The notes under the pieces are model-generated. The model was not told the DNA's origin and ran no database searches. It saw nothing but the letters and a program-made list of their open reading frames with translations. This document shows, piece after piece, positions 30,124 through 43,978 of a DNA stretch of 64,000 nt. Within the stretch, counting starts at the first letter, position 1, and each line of letters begins with the position of its first letter. The DNA is from the human T2T-CHM13v2.0 reference genome, Homo sapiens. The DNA lies in NCBI RefSeq assembly GCF_009914755.1, contig NC_060928.1, one strand, 5' to 3'. The translations under genes and the position numbers were made by a program.

Positions 30124-31849
30124 TTATTACTTTTTCTATTACTTAAAAAGGAACTACAATTACATGCACACACACATACACACAGCCACAATCACCACCA
30201 GCTGGACCATGTCAAAGCACACTCTACAACTTTGCAGTTTTGAAAACTTGTGTTTAAAATATTCAAATGAATAAATAACAATCACAAATAAGAAGCTGAC
30301 CATGTTTCTAATATTTAAATAAAAATAGCTTAAAATGTAAAAGCCACAAAAGAAGATTGTCAGTCAGCTTTACTACTAAACAGTATCATTTGTTTACCTG
30401 AGAAATATACTGGCATTTCGGTGTATATACATTGCTATGCACATACATTGAGTTCCTTCTGCTGCTAAAAATTATTATAAATTCTAATTGGCTCACTGAA
30501 ACAATAATAACCTAAGTTATAACAACATATTTTTTTTAACTAACAAAAAGCAATAAAGTTACTTCTTGCCAAAGTACAACCCATGACAAAATCTTTTGGT
30601 AACCAACAATTTTACTGAAAATCATTTAAAATGAAAAGTGTGTAAGTAGCAGAAACAAATTTCCTCCTACGTTCTATAACAACTTTGCAAAATGAAAACA
30701 ATCATTTCAAATGACACCATTACAACTGCATACATCCCCAAATCATTAAAAACAAATATGCTATACAACCACACACTGTATTTAGTACATGAGAGCACAT
30801 ATTAAACATGTATATATTACATATAAATATATAAATATACATGAGCATCAACTAAATGTGAAAAAGGTGATAACACAAAATCCTGAAGGAAGACGTTTTC
30901 ATACTTGTCATATACACCATCAAGAACATTTTGCAAGGACAATGCAACATGGAAATATGCCACAGCAATTCTATTGCTATGTTAAAACCCATGTGAGTAC
31001 AGAGCCGCTACATGCAAGGCAGAGCAGAGAATCACAGAAAAGCAGAATCAGGGCCTTCATCAAATGGTAGGTGACAGTGGGCCCAGCTTGTGGACCTTTT
31101 CATTACACACACCAACAAATTCACTGCCCATCCTTAGATTACATTCTTTCCAATATATTATACATAAGATTAATCTTCTTTCACATTTACTTCAACAAAA
31201 GTCTATATTCACTTATCTAGTAACATTATTTTAGGAAAGTATTAAACTTTTCTACTACCTTTTCTTGCAGATCATTTTCTCCTACAATCTGGTGAAAATA
31301 TGAAATAGTCTACTCATTTCATATCAGAAGGTAGGACCAAACTGGACTCTGCAAACTTCATTTCTCAAGTTTGATATTCAAGATTTATGAAAAATTATAT
31401 CTTATACCCCTGGTCTACAAAAATGCTTGACAATCATGAAGCTATACAATATAAACATTTAAAGAAATAGACTAACACTTTTAGAAAACAAAGGAGATAT
31501 TTCTAAATTCCACATTATTAACGTGGAACATTAATATAAACAATTTATCTATTGAGGGAATAAACATGTAAGTAGACTTTAGAAGAATCTAATGCTACGT
31601 CAATGTCAAGGATATGGATGAAATGTGAACTTTGGCCAAAAGTTGAGAACAAAAAGGTTTTTTAGTCTCTTAAATCAATATAGCCTACACACCTCTTGAG
31701 GGAATCACCATTAGACAAATCACATTTATCTCTAATCACAATAGAAAGAAAACCACAGTGCATACTAGTCTAAAACTCCTATACCTCCTCTATCTCACTA
31801 ATTATATGGCAAATAAAAATAACTACCTGACATAATGAAATCTTTGGTT

Positions 31850-33640
31850 AAATCCAGCTATCTGCCAATTTCATTCCTACACTAAGAAGCTAAATGTGGC
31901 TTTGAGAAAACACACAACCACAATGCCTGGCTTCACTTTCAATGCATGTCTACGCATCTCAGCTGGCTCCTCAGTCCAGCCTAGCTGTCCTGCCTTACCC
32001 TCAAGTTAACTCACTTTCCTCATCTAGATGGCAATTGCACACTTTCTCCTCCCTTTTGAAACATCAATACTACCTACCTCATCATCACTCTCAGTGGTTG
32101 ACCTTGCTTCCAACCTCACTAAGAAAATAAAAACCATTAAAAGAGACCAAGTATACCCCTTCTACCCAGCTACACACATCCATATCCACACACTCTGCCT
32201 TCCCTTCTGTTATTATAAATAAACAGCCCAAGGTCTACTGACAGTCATACAACTCAATACCATTCTCTCTCATTTGATCAAATATATTACTCCAGCATAC
32301 ACACTCTCTCTTACATCAATAGTTTCCTCTCTAGTGTAGCATTCTCATCATGATGCATACATACATGCTGTTATTTCTCCATTAAAAAAATTTCTACCCC
32401 ACATCCCCTCTAAATACAACCTCATTTCCCTTTTCCCTTTCATCACAGAGAACCTCAAAACAGTTGTCTCTACTTCTATCTCTAATTCTGCTCTTCCCAC
32501 TTTTTTCTTGAGCCCACCCCAAATAAGCTTTTATCCCAATGCTCCACCAAAACCACTGTGGTCAGGCTGCCAATTACTCCATGTAGCATAATTTAGTGGC
32601 TAATCTTCAGAATTTACCTTACACAACTTATATCAGCATTATTTTACACAGTGAACCAGACCCTCCTCTTCAAACACTTTTTCACATGGCTTCCAGGACA
32701 CCTGGCTTCCCTGACACAGTGCTCCCCTCTTTTTCCTGCCCTCATTATTGCTGCTTTCTCTGTTGCCTTTGCTGGTTATTCCTCATTCCCTTGACCTCTT
32801 AATGTTGGAGTGATCCAGGGCTCAGTCCTTGAACCTCTTCTCTTTTATATCTATGCTCTCTCCCCAAATAATCTCATCCAATTTTGGCTTTAAATACATT
32901 TATCCACTGATGATTCCCTAATTTATATCTCTAGTTTAGACCACTTCCTAAACTACCAATTCTAATAGCTCTAATTCTTCGTTAGTATGTCCACTTGGAT
33001 ATATAATAGGCATCTTAGTACATCAAAAAACCAAATTCTTGATCTTTACCTATGTGGCTGACATTACAAGTATTCACTAATGTCAGTTCCTTTCTCCTTC
33101 AGGGCACATAAATGACAATACATGGTAAGGCCATATGACTTATTCTGGCCAATTTAATGTGAGCAGAAGTGCCATGTATCACTATCAACCTGGGCAGTGA
33201 AAAGCCTATTTGTGGTTCTCCAATCTTTCTCTCTGCTGTGGCAAGTGAAAATGTTGTGTGTTCCATCCAGGGGGTAGACCTACAAGACAGTAGAGCCTCC
33301 AATCAATCTGGCATCTTTAGGGATGGCAAAAGACCTTCCCACTGACCCACATGGGACATGTACCATGAACAAGAAATAAATGCATATTTTTAACCACTGA
33401 GATTTTGGAGTTCTTAGTGATCCTAGAATAGCCTAGCTTCTGTAGGCTAATACTCCCCAAACCTGTTCTCACATAGCAACAGCAACCTCATCCTTGCAGT
33501 TGCTCAACCAAAAACCTTAAAGCCATTCTTGACCCCTCTTTTTCTCTCACACCCCACATCTAATTCATCAGCATATCCTGTACCTTCAAAATACACCCTG
33601 AATCCAATCACGTTTACTGTCTCCACTACCATCCTGCTCT
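31850..33640. mobile_element. L2 fragments interrupted by an MLT1 LTR (about 33053-33450)
   Basis: ccagggctcagtccttgaacctcttctc and atttatatctctag L2 motifs; tgtggctgacatt...ccactgagattttggag...ctaatac MLT1 motifs. Confidence 0.6.
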
Positions 33641-33644
33641 TCAA

Positions 33645-34790
33645 AAGGCACTGGTAAAAAATAATAAGACAAGTCACAGACTAGGAAAAAATATTGACAA
33701 AGCAAATATCTGATGAAAGAGATATATCCAGAATATATAGAACTCTTAATGCTCATCAATAAGTAAACAAACCACCCAATTTTTTAAAAAATGAGCAAGA
33801 GAGCTAATAGACATTTCACTAAAGAAGACATATGAATAGCAAATCAGCACATGAAAAGATACTCAATATCACTGGGAATACAAATTAAATTAGAACCACA
33901 ATGAGATATCATTACACCGTATTAGAATGGCAAAAATTAAAAAGACTGAAAATACAGTACCAAATGTTGACTAGGATGTAGAACACTGGAACTCTCATTC
34001 GCTACTGGTTGGAATGTAAAACTGTATGACCACTTTAAAAAATAGTTTGGTAATTTATTTAAAAGTTAAACATACACATGTAGTAAAAGAAGAGTGCTTA
34101 TATATTGAGAGAAATGGTCTACATCAGAAGCTATTTATAGGAGACTTATAACTATTTATAGATGATTCTTCCTTGATTAAAAGGTACTAGAACTTACACC
34201 TACTGGATGATATACCCATTCCACTCCTAGGTATTTCCAAGGAAACGGGGGTATATTATATATAAACTTAAGATTTCTACAGTAAATGCTCATAGCCAAA
34301 AATTAGAAAATGCCCAAATTTCCATCAACAAGTGAATGGATAAACAATTTGTAGTGTATCTATACAAAATACTACTCCTCAGCAAAAAAGATACTGAATT
34401 ATTAATGAACACAACATAGATGAATTTCAAAATATGTATGCTTAGTAAAAGAAGCCAGAAAAGATTTTAAAAAAGAGCACAAACTGTGTAATTCCATTGC
34501 ATAAAACTCTAAAAAACGCAAACTAATCTATAGTGACAGAGGGCAGATCAGTGGTTGCCTGGGGAAGAGGGGTGTTGAGAAGGGCAGATGGAAGGAATGT
34601 CAAAGGGACTCAGGAAACTCTTTGAGGGTGTATATATGGATATGGATATGTTCACTATCTTGATTGTGGTGATGGTTTCACAAATGTACACATATGTCAA
34701 AACATTAAACTGTTTAAGTTTATACAGTTGGTTATATGTCAATGATACTTCCATAAACCTGTTTTCAAAAAGAATATAGCAGGTACTCAA
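33645..34790 (+). mobile_element. Old L1ME/L1MD ORF2 end and 3' UTR
   Basis: agacatttcactaaagaagac, ccactcctaggtat, ctaatctatagtgacag motifs. Confidence 0.75.
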
Positions 34791-35476
34791 TATTTTTGGA
34801 AAGCATAAAGTGGATGAAAATGAAAATAGATGTTGAAAGCAGAATCCTAAGAATGAACTGAAGTGGAAACCCATTATATCTTCCCTCCTTCAATAACATC
34901 TTTTTTCTGAATGAGAGAATATAAGTAGAAAAGGAGAAATAAGCTATCACAAATGAATGTCCGTCAGTATAAAGTCATAGCACCTTTCAACCAAGGAAGA
35001 ACCCCCTATAAGTAGCTTCTGCATTGGACAATTGCTACTCCAATATACAAATACAATTATTGTGCCATAGTCCCCTAGCAGTTGAATAATCTCTTTGAAT
35101 TCATCTAAGAAACCTAACCTAATTTCTTCTTTTTATATCATCCTCACTTGCCATTAAACATATTTAACTTTTCCCCATCAATTTAGTTTGTTAACAAATT
35201 TTTTGGAGATAAGGAATCGCCATACTGGATGCCCTCAGTCTGAGAATCTTGGATGAAAAATGCCTTTCCCAGGTCTTCTCTGTCCTTTGTCTCCCAATTT
35301 CCACTGAGGTAGAAGAAAAATCACTATCTCTATTTCACTCATTTCCCTTGCTCTTCTCTTTGAAATCCTAAATTCCATCCATCATAATCAATTTTAGCAT
35401 CATGCTAGTATGTGAGTACACCTCCTTCTTTCACAAGCTGCTATGGCTAGGAGTTTTCTGCAACATCAACCCTTCA

Positions 35477-35653
<177 letters not shown>

Positions 35654-35943
35654 CTATAAATAATTTTATAATCATAGACAGCTTTCACTACATTCATTCT
35701 AAAATAGCAAGGCTGAGCAAATGAATATAAGGGCATATTTATTGATGCACATCCCCTGTTGAATTTAGACAAGTCTACACAAGGCAACGTGGCTTACACG
35801 GTGCTGCAAATGTATGGGTTCTAATCTCTTATGCTATTCCATAGGCTTGAGTGAGTCTGTTTTAAGCTATTTAAGCTCTTATTATACAATTCAAAAAGCA
35901 GTCAAGGTATAGTGAGTGCAGTCATTGAAAGATAACCAAAATG

Positions 35944-36244
35944 GGCAGGGCTCGGTGGCTCACGCCTGTAATCCCAGCACTTTGGGAGGCCGAGATGGGC
36001 AGATCACGAGGTCAGGAGATCGAGACCATCCTGGCTAACACAGTGAAACCCCATCTCTACTAAAAGTACAAAAAATTAGCCGGGCACAGTGGCGGGTGCC
36101 TGTAGTCCCAGCCACTCAGGAGGTTGAGGCAGGAGAATGGTGTGAACCTGGGAGGCAGAGTTTGCAGTGAGCCGAGATAGCGCCACTGCAGTCCAGCCTG
36201 GGCGAAAGAGTGAGACTCCGTCTCAAAAAAAAAAAAAAAAAAAA
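35944..36244 (+). mobile_element. AluY-like
   Basis: Full Alu; TSD gaaagataaccaaaa at 35927-35941 and 36245-36259. Confidence 0.93.
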
Positions 36245-36824
36245 GAAAGATAACCAAAACGGCTAATCATTTGGTAAGTGTATATAGTCTTAGGTTATTT
36301 TTAGGTAAAGTGAAAAATATTTTCCCTACATTTTGTTTGTAGGAAGTCTCTAAATCTTCAAAACCACTTCCTAAGTTCAAAAATACTTGACAAGACACAA
36401 GCTTACATCTTTGGATTTCTTTCTATAGAAGAGCAGTTTTCAAATCTTCATCTCACAAAAGACATTTTAACATTGTAATAACATTATAGAAACAGGCATG
36501 ACACAATCACATACTTCTTGCATTCAGACTCTGTAGTAAATTCTAGTATCTATCCTCAATTTGGTTTTTATTATATTATGTGCACACACCCAAGATGATG
36601 ACAGGTCTATTTTCTTAGTTTAGGACAGAAAATAAATTGCATAACAAGCAAATGAAACTATGAGTAATAAATTTAAGTACTATACATTTTTTTAATTACT
36701 CAAAATTCATATAGAATATATCTTCTGGGGAGAACAGGTAGCTGGCCTAAGTGGAAAGTTCATACAGGGCATAGATGACACAGAGTATCTGACTTAGATT
36801 TTGAATGGGTATGATTAAAGGTTA

Positions 36825-37244
36825 CAGTTGGCCATTTAACAACATGGATTTGAAATGTGAGGGCCCCACTTATACAAGAATTTCTTCTGCTTCTGCTATG
36901 CCTGAGACAGCAAGACTTCTTCCTCTTCATTAGCCTACTCAATGTGAAGATGACAAAAATGAAGACCTGTATAATGATCCATTTCCACTTAATGAATAGT
37001 AAATATATTTTTTCTTCCTTATAATTTTCTTAATATGTTTCTTTTCTCTGGCTTAATTGTAAGAATATGTAATACATGTAATATATGAAATATATATTAA
37101 TCGACTCTTTATATTATAGGTAAGGCCTCCAGTCAATGGTTAGGCTAATAGTAGTTAAGTTTTTGGGGAGTCAAAAGTTATATGTGGATTTTCAACGGCA
37201 TGGGGGTTGGCACCTCTAAGCCTCACAGTGTTCAAGGTCAACTA
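36825..37244. mobile_element. Tigger2a/MER28-like DNA transposon
   Basis: TA-flanked TIRs cagttggcc... / ...ggtcaacta; ctactcaatgtgaagatgac core. Confidence 0.78.
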
Positions 37245-37880
37245 TATTTTTATTCATTTTTGTAAGAACATATTATCTAAACTTTATGCAATGGATTCAA
37301 CATTAGCTCTGAAATAGGAAAAAAATGTTTAAACTCGTTTTGATTGAAGCATAAGAAAACCCATTTTATGGAATTTCCAACTCAGTTCCATTTAATATGG
37401 TCTTCTTTCCAGATCTGTTTTACAAAGAGCTACTAGAGTCGTCTGTCCTATTATAAATTCCCAATCTCTGAGGCTTCCTTAGAGTCTACTATCATCATCA
37501 CTAATACTGAGCATTTACCATTTGTAGTAGACACTATTCTAAACACTTTACATACTATCTCATTTATTTCTCAAAAGTTATATTTAAGATAAGTGTTATT
37601 ATTATTCCCATCTTACAGAAAACTGAAGTGAAGAAAGAAGATAAGTAACTTTCCCAAACTCACAAAGCCACCTATCTGGGGTAAAACTTTTATGGGTCAA
37701 AGACTTATCTAGGCCTCCCACTTCAGCCTCTCCGCCTTCTGTCTCCCCTACCCCCAATACTAGGACAGATCCTCTCAGGCATTTTCAATCTTTTTAGCTT
37801 TTTCATCCCTCCTCTTCCAGCCCCTTCCCTTCTATGTGCAAAAAAGCAGAATTCTCATAGTTTTAAAAAGACAAAAATTT

Positions 37881-37976
37881 TGCTTGAACTCAGGAGGCAG
37901 AGGTTGCAGTGAGCCAAGATTGTGCCACTGCACTCCAGCTGGGCAGCAGAGTGAGATGCCATCTCAAAAAAAAAAA
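37881..37976 (+). mobile_element. Alu right-arm fragment
   Basis: gcttgaactcaggaggcagaggttgcagtgagcc...poly-A. Confidence 0.85.
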
Positions 37977-38985
37977 TTTGCCAACTATATATTGAATACA
38001 TATATCTTCTATGAGTAAAATCCTACAGGAAATAATTTTTAAAAAGAAGTAAAGACATTATTCCTGCCTTCAAGGAGGCAGAAGAGTCAATGCAGAAATA
38101 TAGATAACTAACAGCAAAATGAGTGAAATGAGTGGTGCTGCCTCCTCAAGATACAATCCCACTTTTCTCATTGTGACTCACTTTTGACCTTTAAAGAGTG
38201 CCTGCCTCCATGGCCCCAGAGACCATTCTCTTTACTTCTCTGAAATAAGACTTCTGCCCCCTCTACTAGTAATAGTAACCTTAAAGTAACCAGTAATCCC
38301 CAAATCACCAAATCTGGTATATTTTTCCTCATATTCATTCTGCTTACCTTCTTACCTCTCAGGCCACTCTAATATTTTCATGGTTACCATTGTAGTTCAT
38401 TCAAATTTAGCTTCTGTGTTTTAAACCAGTCATTCTGGTGTTTTTGTTTGTTTGTTTGGTTTTTTTTTGTTTTTGTTTTTGTTTTTGCTGGCTCTCCTGC
38501 CATCTTTTCAATCTTATTTTCAATCTTTAGGAATACTTTCAAGTTTATATTTTTTAGCCCTAACTACAATTCCCGAATTTGTAGCTGCCTATGACTGCCA
38601 CTCTAAACTAAGCATGTCTAATATTGTATTTATATATTTGTTTTCCAAATTTATTGAGGTATAATTGACAAGGAAATATTATAAAAATTTATGGCATACA
38701 ACATGATGTTTTGACATGTGTATACACTGTGAAATCATTACCACAATCAAACTAATTAACATATACATCTACTCTCTTGGCAATTTTCTAGTATACGTTA
38801 TTAACTATAGTTACCATGCTGTACAATAGATCTTCAGAAAGAATTCATATGTTTTCTGAAAAATAAACTTCCCCTCTGAATTTACATATTTTTTTTGATC
38901 AATGGGACCAGTTTTTTCCCTAATGATCCAGTTTGAAACTTTGAAGTTATATGTGACTCCTCTTGCTCCTCAAAAATCAATCTGT

Positions 38986-39301
<316 letters not shown>

Positions 39302-40199
39302 TCACCATAACTAACTTTCCAGTTTCCTCCATGACTACTGCCACCATCATCCCTGTCCAGATGCTTCTCAGCCAATCTGGACACTTAAAAAGGCCTATTC
39401 AATGTTCCCTCTACCTCACTCTGTCCCTTTACTATGCAAGGTAAGGAGCATGTGCTCAGAACATCTTTATTTCAACAACTTAAACATGATTATGCAATCC
39501 CTTCAAGTTAATATACTAAGTATGTACTTTCAAATTAGGGAGGGGAAGGGAAAAAACACTAAGCCAGGAAGAGCTTTCTCTAAGTGAATTACGGTAAGTG
39601 TACACTCCTTTAAGTTCAACATCTTGAAGTCAGAATTGTTTGTTTTATTTAGCATATTGAGAGTCCAAGCTGTCCAATTAATCTTCCTTAGTAGCCACTT
39701 TTAAACATGTTGTTATTCGCTTGTTGAGCATTTTTAACAGCTCTCTCTCCATCATCTATAGCTTCAAATGCAAATTCCTCAGCCCAGTAATTCAGGCCTT
39801 CTGCAAGCCGACCCTATGGAAATATTTTATCTTTGTATCTCATTAATGCCGCATTTTTGAAATCTCTACGAGTACCCAACCTTTGCTGAACTGCTTATTC
39901 TTTAACTGATTACACCACTCATCTGAAAAATCACATGGTGCCCCATTTTAGTGATTACTAGGAGGCATACATATATATGTCCTTTATAACCAACTAGGTT
40001 GGAAGTTCCCAGAAGACAACAAAAATGAGTAAATATCTTTGTATTCCTTGAGTGGCCTACACATGGCAGATATTCAGTAACTATTGGTTCTTGATATGCA
40101 TAATACATTTTTGCTCTAAAATGATGTCATCATATTTATGTGGCATTTTACACTTTTTGGTGAAATTTTATGTTCATTCTCTGAAACTAAATCTGGCCA

Positions 40200-41010
40200 A
40201 AATGGCACTCTTGATTTCCACCATGCCTCCTAACCTAGTTTTCCCCTCTTAAGTAAATGATGCTACCAATTACCCAGTGGTTCATACCTAAAACCCAGAA
40301 GTCACGCTTGGTTCCTCTGTCCTCCTTCTACATCCTCCTCACCCATCACTGCTGAAAGCTCTACTGTAAAATCTATCTGGCACACATTCATTCCTCTCTA
40401 TTGAACTGCTACCTCACCACTACTCTCTGAGTTGATTTCTCTCAGGCCCCTCTACTATCTCTTCTACACATAGCTATCAGAAGAATCATTTGCAAACATA
40501 AATCAGACCACATCACTCTCTCATTCCAATCCCTCCAGTAGCTTCCTGTAGCACTCAGAATAAAATCTGAATGCTGTACCACGGCCTATAAGGCTCTACA
40601 TACCTCATTCCTGCCTACTTTTATACCGCTAGGACATGGTATTTTTCCTCTACATCACCAGGCTCTGGCCTTCCTGGCTGCTTTACTGACTGGAAAACAC
40701 AACAGGCTTGATCCTGCCCTAGAGCCTTTGTACATTATGTTTCCTTTCCCTAGAACATTCTGCCCCCAGAACTCTGAAATCTAAATTAATCAAAAGCCTG
40801 CCCACCCAACCACTTTCACATATCTCACTGTTTTGTTCTTTTTACATCATTTATCTCTATCTTGCTCATCTACTTACTTGTTTATTGATACAACACCCCC
40901 TGAGACTCCCCAACATGCAAAACTAACAGGCATTTCACTGTTGTTTCTCCAATATGTATAATAACTCCTGAAACAAAGTAGAAGCTAAATAAATAACTTG
41001 AATCAATGAA
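40200..41010. mobile_element. L2 fragment
   Basis: aaacataaatcagaccacatcactc, agcactcagaataaaatc, aataaataacttgaatcaatgaat. Confidence 0.6.
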
Positions 41011-41611
41011 TATGCAATTTCAATTGATATCCCCAACATCATTGGTAAGTAAGCAGTAAAAGTACGATTATCCTCCTTTTCTAGACAGGGAAATTGACAT
41101 TAAAAACTATTTAAAAACTTTGCTCAAAGTCACATAGTATGTTAGGGATATGGTCAGAATTCAATCTTCAGGCTCTAAGTTCAACTATTATATCAAACAT
41201 AAAACAATGAAAAGGTAACGTTTGTCCCACATATATGTATGTTTTCTTCCTTAAACATTTCTAAAACACACATTATACTCAGCTATTATCTAATTAATTG
41301 ACATCCAATTGACTTGCATACAGATCTTACATCTGCTAGTCCTTCTCATTTTTCTTCCAAGACCACTCTAAAATTCTCAGAAAAGTGCTCGTCGTAAAAC
41401 CACAGGATGAAGCATGAGGGTGTATCTTAAGATTCTGTTAATTATTTGATGAACCTCCTTGATGAAATACTATTGTTTTAAAGGAAAACAAAGATGTGTT
41501 TTTACTTCCTTTTAAGATGGTACACATAAGCCCTTTTGTATATAGTTGCCATAGAAACAATAATGTCTCTAGAGATGCCCCATTAAAAGTGGACCCACTT
41601 TTAAAGATTTA

Positions 41612-41764
<153 letters not shown>

Positions 41765-41968
41765 TTAAGGAAACAAAATAAACAAAGGTAAGAAAACTAT
41801 TCCTGAAAGGAGATCCCTACTAAAATAACATCACATGAGTTAGTTCTTAATTTTGGGTTTTTTCATAGCTAAAATTTTTATCTATAAGTATATGCATACA
41901 AGACAGAATGCAAGATAAAAAAGTTACTCATGAAGGCTATAAAGTATTTTTGTTTAAAATTTCTTAAA

Positions 41969-42264
41969 TTTTTTTTTTTTTTTGAGATGGAGTTTTTGCT
42001 CGTCGCCCAGGCTGGAGTACAGTGGCGCGATCTTGGCTCACTGCAACCTCCGTCCCCCAGTTTCAAGGGATTCTCCTGCATCAGCCTCCTGAGTAGTTTG
42101 GACTACAGGTGCCTGCCACCACCATGCCCTCCTAATTTTTGTATTTTAGTAGGATGGGATTTCACCATGTTGGGCAGAATGGTCTTGATCTCCTGACCTC
42201 ATGATCTGCCCCCCTCAGCTTCCCAAAGTGCTGGGATTACAGGCATGAGCCACCACGCCTGGCC
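41969..42264 (-). mobile_element. AluS
   Basis: Antisense Alu about 210 nt from the exon 3 acceptor. Confidence 0.92.
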
Positions 42265-43675
42265 TAAAATTTTTTAAATGTTCTTATTCTAATTTCTTTA
42301 CAATACACAATAAGCCCTAACAAATCAGATGTGTAAAACTCTGGACCAGGACTAAGCTAACTATACTTCATACTACTATAGATTTGGGGATTGTTGAACA
42401 ACGTGCATGTATGTTTACCTACATAAAATAAGAAATCTTTTCAAAAAAACCTTAATAAGACCTATCACATTTCAACCAAATACAGTAATTAACCTCTATT
42501 CATTGCACCAAGGCTATAAGTCCTCAATTTGGCAAGATGTTACTGAATCTACAAATTAATACTTTAAAAAATATTTCCCTCAATGATAGTCTCTAATTCC
42601 AAATGGCATTTCCTTCCACAGTCTATTCACTAGATTCTTTGTTAACACTAACAGAATACCAGCTTTATGCCATAATCTGAGCTTGTCACTTTACATGTTA
42701 TCTCACTTAATCCTCACAAGAATCTCAGTAAGTAAATACTATTATCCCTGTTTTACCGATGAAGAAATTGAAGTTGAGGGCTACTATATGGTGAAGATCA
42801 GAACTAAATTTTCCGGCATGCTAGCAAACCCATGCCTGCTTCTCCCACTGCTGCCCCAAGAGGGGAAAAAAAAATGCACATTAAACATAAGAAACCAGGC
42901 ACACGTTATGAGTTTAACAACTAAAAAAGGATAATTAGTTAACCTCTAGGATTCAAATATATATAAACTCACAAATACTTGCATTTGAGTTTATATTGTG
43001 TTGAAATAAAAACAAAATGGAAAACTAAAATAAAACTGGAAAGTGCTAGAAAAACTATAGTCCTTTAAAACAAGCAAGTGATCATTAAAACATATTCAAC
43101 TATGCCAGAGAGTTACTGGTTGTAAGTATAGAACTGCAATGGCCCCTTTGTTCAGGTAAGATGTTCAAGAGATCCTCAGCCTCAGGGACATTAGCCAAAG
43201 TTTATCAGTTTAATCAACAGTACGTTAATGCAGACTCATTCGCTCATCACCACATTCTGAGATTAGTCTCATCACTTCCCACTGTCTACTTCCCTGTGTG
43301 GAGATACACACAGCAGTTCCTTCCTGTTAGGTCACAAGACATCCCTAAATGACATCTAAAGAATTTCTAGCGATCTGAGTATAATTTAGGACCACTAGAA
43401 AACACTCAGCCTACCAGAAGTCATATTAGGTCCTGGGATCAGACCTAAGAGAAAGCAAGCCATCCTTACAGTGAATCAGAATTCTTAGAGCTCTACTCCA
43501 GAGAAAACTTGAGCACCAGCAGTTCCAGAGAATTCTCAACAGCCTTGAAGCCAAATCTCATTTAAATATACTCAGAGGCATTTGATAAACACTAAACAAA
43601 TATTAGTATTTTTATTTTTTAAAATACTGTAATGAAATGATTAGCCAGAATACACTAAGGCATTTGCATATACTC

Positions 43676-43978
<303 letters not shown>

